Source of the DNA: Lama guanicoe
Taxonomy: Eukaryota
NCBI GenBank assembly: GCA_013239625.1
Contig: MU053352.1
Span: 1,001,079-1,054,928 of the forward strand
Direction of reading: 5' to 3'
DNA: 53,850 nucleotides
Positions within the stretch are counted from its first letter, which is position 1. Every line of letters starts with the position of its first letter. A program made the translations under genes and the position numbers. Shown piece by piece: positions 45,800 through 53,850 of the stretch. The notes below the pieces were generated by a model that saw only the letters and a list, made by a program, of their open reading frames with translations, did not search any database and was not told the origin of the DNA.

Positions 45800-46460
45800 C
45801 GCCACCCCGTTTCTCGGGCACCCTCGAATCCCCTTCAGGGCTGGGAGCTCGGCCGAGCCTCAGGGTCCGGCGGCGGGACAATGGCCCCGTTTGCACGTCC
45901 GAGACAAACGCGCCTTGTTGGGCCGGCGGCGGGGGCGCGGCGGTGCGCCCCGGCGCGCTGAATGCGGCTTCTGTGCGTCCCGGGCAGGCGCGGAGGGGCG
46001 GGGAGGGGGCCGGGACCCGGGGCGCCATTGGCCGCGGCGTCGGGGGGCTGGGCCAGGCTGGCGGCCGCACCTGGCCGGAGCGGGAGCGGGTGCGGCGGCG
46101 GCGGCGGCGGGGGCGGGAGCATGGTCCAGGCCGGGCCGAGCCGGGGGACCCGGCGGGTACACCCCGCCGCCTAGTAAGCGCCCCGGGCGGCGCGGCCCGG
46201 GGCCGAGCCTGCACTCCAAGCCCGAGAAGGACGGGGACAAGGTACGTCCTGTGAGCCCAGCACCTTCCACCAGCTTGCGCCCTGCCTCAGTCTACCCTCT
46301 GGGGTCCAGGCCCGCGCTACCCTAGCCCCAGAACTGGGACTGCGCACGCCAGACCCTCAGACCTGAGGGGTCCGGGAGTGCTACACGGACGCTCCAGGGT
46401 CCGCGTGCCCGTCCCGGGGCCAGGGAGGGTGCAGGTTGGTCCTTGCCCGGCCGTTGGTTT
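45800..46460 (+). promoter_or_regulatory. GAL3ST1: CpG island with probable non-coding first exon of GAL3ST1 (donor after 46241)
   Basis: Very GC/CpG-rich, with GC boxes, inverted CCAAT (ATTGG near 46027) and donor AAG|GTACGT at 46241/46242. Gene identity is by the conserved order TCN2-PES1-GAL3ST1 only; no GAL3ST1 coding exon was seen. Confidence 0.6.
46093..46110 (+). repeat. (CGG)6 trinucleotide repeat
   Basis: Six perfect CGG units in the CpG island. Confidence 0.9.
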
Positions 46461-47194
46461 TCTTCCCCAGGCTCCTATTTCCAGGGTTTACCCGGTCCTT
46501 GGACTTGGGGTGGGTGGGGCTGGAGCTGGGCTGGAGCTGGGAGTTCATTAATGATTAATCTCGGACACTGCGCCAGAGCCGTTGGGGAGGAGGGGCAGGG
46601 ATCTTCCCTCTTCCCACCAGCCCTCCCCAGAAGAGGGGCGGTTAGAGCAGGGGCTGGGTGTCAGGGTAAAAGACGGATCCCTTCTGCCTGGGGAAGACCC
46701 TGTGCTGTCCCACTTAGGAGGCAAAGCCACCAAGGAAAGGCTTGTGGGAGTGGGGCAAACTCTGGATACCCAACAGTTCCCTTGTTTCCTGGACCAGTGC
46801 CCAGGAAGGGGGTCCAGCTTGGTCTGCCCCGCTTGGTGCCAAGCCAGCATTTTGGTAACAGCACAGAGCAACACTGTGATCCCTTCCCAGTGGGGACCCC
46901 CTTCCCACCTGCCTAGAGCAGAGGTGATAGGTGCACATCTGGCTGCAGTAACCCTAACCAGTGGGAGGGAGGGAGAGAGGGCCGCAGGCCTGACACCTGA
47001 TCCCTGGGTTGCCAAGGTGACAGGTGCCATGGAAATCTTCAGGAGGACAGTCCAGTTGGGAGAATCCAACCTCTTCCTTTATGAAGAGGGTGACCTGAGG
47101 CCCAGAGAGGGTAAGGCTGTGGGCTTGGCTAGACCGGAACAGCCCTATGCTGCTGTACCCTACCTTGCCCTGTGGAGGAGGCATTGTCACTAAC

Positions 47195-47280
47195 CCCATT
47201 ATCTGAAAGGGGAAACAGGTTCAGGGAGACTCAGTGACTTGCCCAAGGTCACACAGTTCAAAGGTGGCTAAATTGACCCC
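47195..47280 (-). mobile_element. MIR SINE (one of many; others near 1640, 13495, 14605, 16880, 26065, 29000, 48300, 52800)
   Basis: MIR core CCCCATT...GGGGAAAC...GTGACTTGCCCAAGGTCACACAG. Confidence 0.7.
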
Positions 47281-49419
47281 AGATACAGTGACTTGCCCCA
47301 GCCCCCATTTCAAGACCCCAGCCTGGCTCATGACCTCTCTGCCCTTCTGAGGTCCTAGCCTCTTGGAGCTGCCATGGACTCCCCAAACCCCTTCCCCCTT
47401 GCCTGCTTAGCTCCCAGCTCTGCCTGACACTCGGGGGGTGGGCAGGCTGCTACCCTGGGAGCAGAGACAACGGAGCCCTGTTCCCAGCTGCCACCTCGGG
47501 CTGCTTCCTCCCTGCTTGTCACTAGGGCAGAGCCCTGCCTGATGGAAGCGCCCTGTGGACAGAGAAGCACACCTCCCTGCCTTGCATCCTCTTGTCTGAT
47601 GAGCATGGGTCCGATATTTGAGGGCATGGGTCCAATGCCCTCCTGTCACCCAGCAAGGGAGGAATGTGTCCCTACGGCCCCTCCCTCTGGGCTCTAAGGG
47701 ACTGAGTGTGCCATCCTGGTGCAAGAGGCAATGATTAACCTGGGAAAATGACACACAGATGGTGGAATTCCAGGCACAGCAGCAGGTTGGTGAAGGGCTC
47801 TTTCTTCCCTCAAACTGGGCGAGGACTATGGACCAACTCCTTTTAGAAGCCCCATCCTCCTCCAGATTGAGAGGGCAGAATGGAGCACTGTGCCCACGGT
47901 GGTCAGCAGGCTGGGAGCCAGAGGAGTCGCCAGGTGAGAAGTGATGGTTCAGAGGAAGTGGGGTTTCAGAGGAAACCTACCTCCCAGCCCCAGGGCAGAG
48001 ATGAGGTGGGGCTTGGGCACCCCCAGATCTGATTCCAGCAGTTTCCAGACTTGCCAGGGGACCCCAGGCAAGTCCTTCCCTCTCTGTGCCTTGGTTTCCT
48101 CAGATGTGAGATCTGGGGGTTAGGGACCTTGGGTCTGGAGCACGGGAAGTATAGATGCTTGGATGGGGAGGGGGTGGCCCTCCAGGAGTCCCGCTTCTGC
48201 CAGGTGGGTCTAGAAGGGTCAGGATAATAATCTGGGGGTGTGCAAAGGGCTCCGCATGCCTCATCTCATGTGCTCCTCACCTCAAGCCCACAAGAAAGTT
48301 GCATTATCCTCATTCGTTAGGGAATGGAGGCTCAGAGAAGGTAGGTCACTTGCCCAAGGTCTTCCAGCTGGGGAGTGGTGGAGCCAGGACTCAGAGCCAA
48401 AGCCTCTCCAGGATGAGCAAGGCAGGTGGGCAGATCCAAGGCTTTGTGCATAGCAAGTGCTTAGCACCTTTTGAAGACCTTTGTCCTTTCCATATTTTTA
48501 TGCAACCAAGTGCCTGACATCTGTTTAAAAAACATTTCAGTCATACTGGGAGGTACAGAGAATGGTTAATATCCACTCCCACATACTCACCTCCCGGGTT
48601 CTCAGGAATTTTGACTAAGAGAACAGGGACGGACTTCTCCGTTAACCTGTGTTTTGCCACTTCTCATTTAGAGCTACTTGGGGTGACTGAAACCTGCCAT
48701 CTGGAGGTGTGGTGGTTTTGCCTGGACAAAGCAGTGTAGCAGGCAGACCTGTGGGCTTGCTCGGAGTTTCTGACTGGGCCATTTCGCCCCTCCACAAGTT
48801 TCTGAGGCTCAGTTTCCCTGCCATCATGTGAGTTAGCAGGTGACACTAAGGATGTCTGTCCAGGATACAGATGTGGTTGCCATTTGAAATGGTAGAAATA
48901 GGTGACGTTGCAAGATCAAAAAGTATCTTCTGAGTCATCAAAGAACATTGATTTCTTCTTAATTAGCTGCCGGGCCCCATGCCCAGCTGCAGCCATTCCC
49001 CCAGCCAAGACGGCAGTGGGGGAAAGATGTCAGGGCTTCTCTACATGTTTGGAGGGGGTCCTGCCAGCCAGCAGGCTAAAATGCCCCTCCAGGTGATCCT
49101 CCACGTCTCTACTCCAGCGCCCCACTCCAGAGGGCCTCAGAGCGAGGAAGCTTCTGGACTTTTGCTAGTCACTGCCCCAGTGTGCCTGGACTGAGGGCCA
49201 CCCTCTCCATCTGCACCTTCATCTGTGCAGCTCACACTTCTCAGCTTCTCTGTCCCAGGTCCCTGCTGCCTCTTCCCCACTTTAGGAGTTGGAGTTTCAG
49301 AGAGGGCCGCATGGCTGCCGAGGTCACACAGCAAGGTGGGGCATGGTTCAGACTAGTCATAGTTCCCTCCTCCTCCAGCCAGACTGCAGTTTTTCAAAAT
49401 GGAAATATCTTTGTTTTAT

Positions 49420-49770
49420 TTTAATTTTTTTCAAAGTAATACAGACTCTGTAAAACAAAATTATATGTGTGTACTATATTTATGTGTGTACATATATGTG
49501 TGTGTATATGTATTTTTTCATGTCATTATAAATTGTGGACATCATTTTAATGAGTATAAAATAGACCATTGGATGAATGTCATATATTTTCTACCATCCC
49601 CTATTGCTGGATACCTGTTTCTATTTTTCCCCTTTGCTAAAACACTACAATGAACATCTTTGGGCTTCATCTCAGATCTCTTGTTAGATTTTCTTCTTTG
49701 AACAAATTCCCACAGGTAGAAGTGCTGGGTTTTAGACCTGTAATAGTTGCTGTCAAATATGTGCTCTGAG
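49420..49770 (-). mobile_element. Ancient L1ME-like fragment
   Basis: CCCCTATTGCTGGATAC...AATGAACATCTTTG...AAATTCCCACAGGTAGAAGTGCTGGGT antisense L1 motifs. Confidence 0.55.
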
Positions 49771-50579
49771 CACTGTAGGGACAGTCTTTCTGCCCTGCTT
49801 TTAAAAAAAGTCTTCTCCAGTGTCCCCATGAGACTCCCTTCTAGCCACAGGAAACAGCCCTAGGACACCCTCACCCCACCACCTTCTCTGCCAGAGCCCT
49901 GTTTCCTTGTGTGCCCACCAAACAGTACGAATGCCTGCCGACCAGTGAATGGTTCACGGGAGCAGTGGTTCCACAGAATGTTCTGCAGCCAATGGCTTTG
50001 GAGGCCCTTTTGTCTCCTTGGGGGTCTCTTCCCCACCCTGTTCCCCTAAGTGCAGGGGTCTTTCTCCTTCCTCACCTGCTCCTCCTCTGACCTCAGTTCC
50101 CACCTCTGTGCTCATGACCCCCAAGATCTCCCTCTGGTGCTCTAAGCAGGGGCTCCTTCTGCTCTTTGCACATTCTGCGAGCCTCCCACATCCCCCGGAC
50201 TCAGTGTGCCCTAAACCCAACCCCCACTTTGACCCCCCCAACCCCACACTAAACCTGCCCCAGTACTAAGCCTCCCCTAATCAGGGACTAGCTCTACCCC
50301 CAGCCAGCCAGTCACCCCAACGGGGGATTCTTTCCTCCTCTCCTCCACACCCTGTCACTCACCAGTGCTGTCCATGCCATGGCCTACAGATGGTTCCAGT
50401 CCCTTCCTAGCCTTCTCCTTGGTCCAGGTCCCTTCACACCTGGACAGTGTAACACCCAGCCAACCTCTGACACACACACATATTGGACACTCCAGCCAGG
50501 CTGAACATTTGTTAGTTTTTCGATTGCCCTGGCTTTTTGCACATGCTTTTCTCTCTGCCTGGCTTATTGTAGGGTAACA

Positions 50580-50960
50580 GGTGCATTAGCTAATGCTAGC
50601 TGTTGTAACAGATAAGCCCCAAGTTCCAAAAGCCTTAACACAAAGGCAGTTTGGTTGTCATTTTCCTGAAATCCAATCAGGTGTTTGGTGAGCAGGGATG
50701 CAGAGACCCAGGTTCCTCCTATCTCATGGCCCTGCCCACCTTTAGATCCTTAGAGATGTCCCCATTCATCCAGCAGGTGGGAAAAGAGACCACAGAGAAG
50801 GTCTGCCCACTTAACCTTATCAGCTGTCATTCTGCTCGTATTCCATTGGCCAGAATTCAGTTACATGAGGATATTGAACTGCAAGTGCAGATGGGAAATG
50901 TAGTTTAGGGAGAAAGGGAACTAATTGCCTTTGGAAATCAGAAAACACTCAGTAGCTTCT
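50580..50960 (-). mobile_element. MLT1-type MaLR LTR
   Basis: GCAGAGACCCAGGTTCCTCCTATCT...CATTCTGCTCGTATTCCATTGGCCAGAATTCAGTTACATG...GGGAAATGTAGT. Confidence 0.6.
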
Positions 50961-51224
50961 GCCACCGAGCCCTTTAGCCCAGGAAGTCTCCCTGATCATG
51001 CCCCTCCCACCTCCCAGGCTGGGTCAGGTGTTTTCTCTCTGCTCCAGGAAGCCCCGCCAGTGGGTCCTCCATCCCAGACCTGCAGCTGTCTGCTTGTCCC
51101 TCTGTCACCCGCAGCACCTTGAGCCCGAGCTCCATGCACTGGGCACCATGAACCGCAGTGCTGGGCACAGTGCAGGTGCTCAGTAAATACCTGCAAAACA
51201 GATCAATTTAAAACTCACTGTGGT

Positions 51225-51294
51225 GGGGGGGTGCTTAGCATACACGAGGTCATGGGTTCAATCCCCAGTACCTCCATTTAAAAAAGAGAGAGAG
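51225..51294 (+). mobile_element. Internally deleted tRNA-derived SINE
   Basis: G-run joined directly to GTGCTTAGCATACACGAGGTCATGGGTTCAATCCCCAGTACCTCC with an A/GA tail; degenerate TSD at 51210-51224 / 51295-51310. Confidence 0.75.
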
Positions 51295-53850
51295 AAAACC
51301 TCATTATGATCACAAAAAGATGTCCACAATCTATTGATATGAGGGGGTTGAAAGCAAGTTAAAAACAAAGTGTGCTCCCCAACAGAGACCCCTCCCATCA
51401 CCAATATAGACAGAAAAGGAGGAGGCTGGTGCTGAAGCTTAAAGGGTGGTGAACTCTGGGTATGGAGCTCTTTTCACTGTCCTCTCAATATTTTTCTGTA
51501 ACAGTAAAGTTACAGAAACTTTAAAGTTCAGAAACTTTTTTTCAGTGAGCATGTGCTGCTTTTACAGTTAAAAAAAATTATTTTTTCGTTGGGGGCAGAA
51601 CCAGCCACAGCCAGTGGCACTGATACTCTGGGAAGAGACCCCTCTGGCGAGGCTGTTCTGTCATCAACGCTCCCTCCTCTGGAAAGCTTGGCTTCAGGTG
51701 GCTCTTCTGTTCCTCCCATGCTCTCTCTCTGTGCTCCACCACCACCTGGACAAGGTTCTTGCCCTTGTGTGCCCTGGGCTTGTCACTTCCTCACTTCAAC
51801 TCCTTGGGTCCTCAGTTCCCTCGTCTATGATAAAGTAGGGGATAGGGACGGCTCCCTGTAAAGATCCTGAGGATACGTGATACATGGCAAGTCCTGAGCA
51901 CAGGACCAGACTCTGGTCTAGAGTCCACGCTCATAAACCACTGTGCCTGCTGTTTGATGTCAGCTCTGCCCCTCCTCACCCCCATGCACCTGTCTTCAAG
52001 TTAGCTCAGCCCAGTACAGATAAAACATCTCTACCCTGTACTCTGGACCTGATCCAGCACTCAGGGAGATCAGCACTCTGAGTCTTCCTGTGTCTCATAG
52101 GTGCTTGGAGGACTGCTCCCTGGCTGGGCGGGGCTGTGGGGGAAAGAGCATTCAGAGCACAGTATCAGATGCTCCCTGACCTATGAAAGTGCTCCGAGTG
52201 GGATAAATGACTGTCACAGTAGTGATTATTAACAATTGATGGTGACACCTGGGTCCCCAGAGCCCCATGCATGGGCCATGGTGGGGGCTCTGGGCATCAG
52301 AGCTAAAGGAAGGATGTGGGGGCTTTCCTGGGCACCCTCTGTCCATGGGCAAGGCTGAGGCAGACCTGATCGCAGCTAAGAGCAGAGTGTGAGAGGTTCC
52401 AGTCCCTGAGCTGAGCCTGAGGGCCGCTGGGTTTAGGACCAAGGCCCCTAGAACTTCCTCTTCCTACCAAGATCTTGGAAAGGATGAGCGTCTCTGATCA
52501 GCCTGAATCCCTCGAGGCTGGACCAGGGTGTCCCATGCCACCATCCCTCACACAGGGTGGAGGCAGCGCAGGCAGGATTCTGGACTGCACCTCAGTACTG
52601 CAGTACTGATGAAGAACTTGGAGCTCTGAGAAGAGAAATCTCATCAGACTCTCCCTGCCCTGGCCAGAGGCTCCGCCTCCAGGAGGCCTTCCAGGCTGAG
52701 CTTCTCGCTCTCTGGGCTCTCACAGATTTTAGACAAACCTTGGTGGTCTGAGGTTGTGTCTCAGCATCTTAAAGCCCTAGAGTTTGGCAAGTCCATGTTT
52801 GGATTCTGGTTCTATCTGCCTCTCCTCTAACTGTGTGACCTTGGACAGGTGAGCTCATCTCTCTGAGCCTGGGTATCTTCACCTGTTTGACTCACAGGGC
52901 AGACATGAGGCTTAAGTCAGATGTGATCAGAGGAGCAATGACCTTCCCCACCCCACCTGCCTCTCTGCCCCTCCTGTGGCCTTCAAGCCTGTCCCAGGTT
53001 CTCCGCAGGGCTCTGCGGCTGCTTGTGTCCTTGATCCAAGGACACCTGGGACCTTGCTGAGCCCTCAGATGAAGGAGCAGCCTGGCTGCTGAGGTCCAGA
53101 GAGGATCGAGGAGCACCTAGGGGGCAGAGAGCCAGGGCGGCACCTGCAGGGTACAGGCACATGCCACCTGCTATCCCAGGGGAGGGAACTCATGAATATT
53201 CACACCCACTGGAGCATGAGGGAGCTGGCCAGCACACTGCTGGGTGTCATTGGAGCGTTCCTGTTTCCCAGTGACCACAGAGGCAGCCTTGGGAGTCAGA
53301 CGTGGCTCAGGCAGGGAGAGGGAAGGGGCAGCCAGCCACGGCCCAAGGTGAGTGTGTCTTCCTCTGCTGGGTCCCTGGGGGAGCAGGACACCCGGGAATC
53401 AAGCCTGCCTGGTGGTGATGCTGTAGCCCAGAAGGGTCACTGTCCTGTGCTCAGTTTCCCTGTGTGCACGCGGTGGGGGGTGAGTCCTGTTTCTCCTTCA
53501 TTCCTTGGAGGCTGCTGGTCCAGCCAAACAGGAGCGTTGCTGGGCCTGGCCTGGAGCCAGCTGTCAGCACAGATGGAGGGTGACGTGTCTGGGGGCACTC
53601 AGAGGACAGAAGTAAATGGAGTGGGCTAGGGAGCGGGACCGTCTGCCCCGAGTGCCTGGGACTGTCATCACCATAGGCAGAGGAAGGAGACTCAGGTTCT
53701 AATCCTATCTTTGCTACTGCTGTGCTTTGTGACCTTGATGGTGGTTCTGCCCTCTCTGAGCCTCAGCCTCCCTGCTGCGCCGTCTTCCAGACTGGAGGAT
53801 TCTCAGGCTTGGCTGAGATTGTCCTCAGTACCCCATGGCCTTAGTCCTGG

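Noticed and set aside
45705..47193. Several 140-200 aa ORFs over the right-hand CpG island
   Set aside because: Expected in very GC-rich DNA; no resemblance to GAL3ST1 or any protein I recognise.

Overview
Mammalian genomic DNA, most likely a camelid artiodactyl (inferred from tRNA-derived SINEs resembling the camelid family and bovine-like transcobalamin features). It holds two complete divergent genes: TCN2 (transcobalamin II, minus strand, 9 coding exons, 13802->2415, 432 aa) and PES1 (pescadillo, plus strand, 15 coding exons, 30761->43782, 610 aa). A CpG island follows that by synteny is probably the non-coding 5' end of GAL3ST1. The 17-kb TCN2-PES1 spacer is mostly nested transposon debris. 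It also carries the most unusual element: a ~2.56-kb insertion (26244-28804) bounded by a 16-bp target-site duplication at a TT/AAAA site. The insert contains a disabled copy of UNC5D exon 1, its intact splice donor and about 2.1 kb of apparent intron 1, consistent with an L1-made retrocopy of an unspliced, prematurely terminated UNC5D RNA. Second highlight: an in-frame triplication of a 36-bp unit in PES1 exon 13, adding 24 aa relative to human. Gene and repeat names come from recalled sequences, not database searches.
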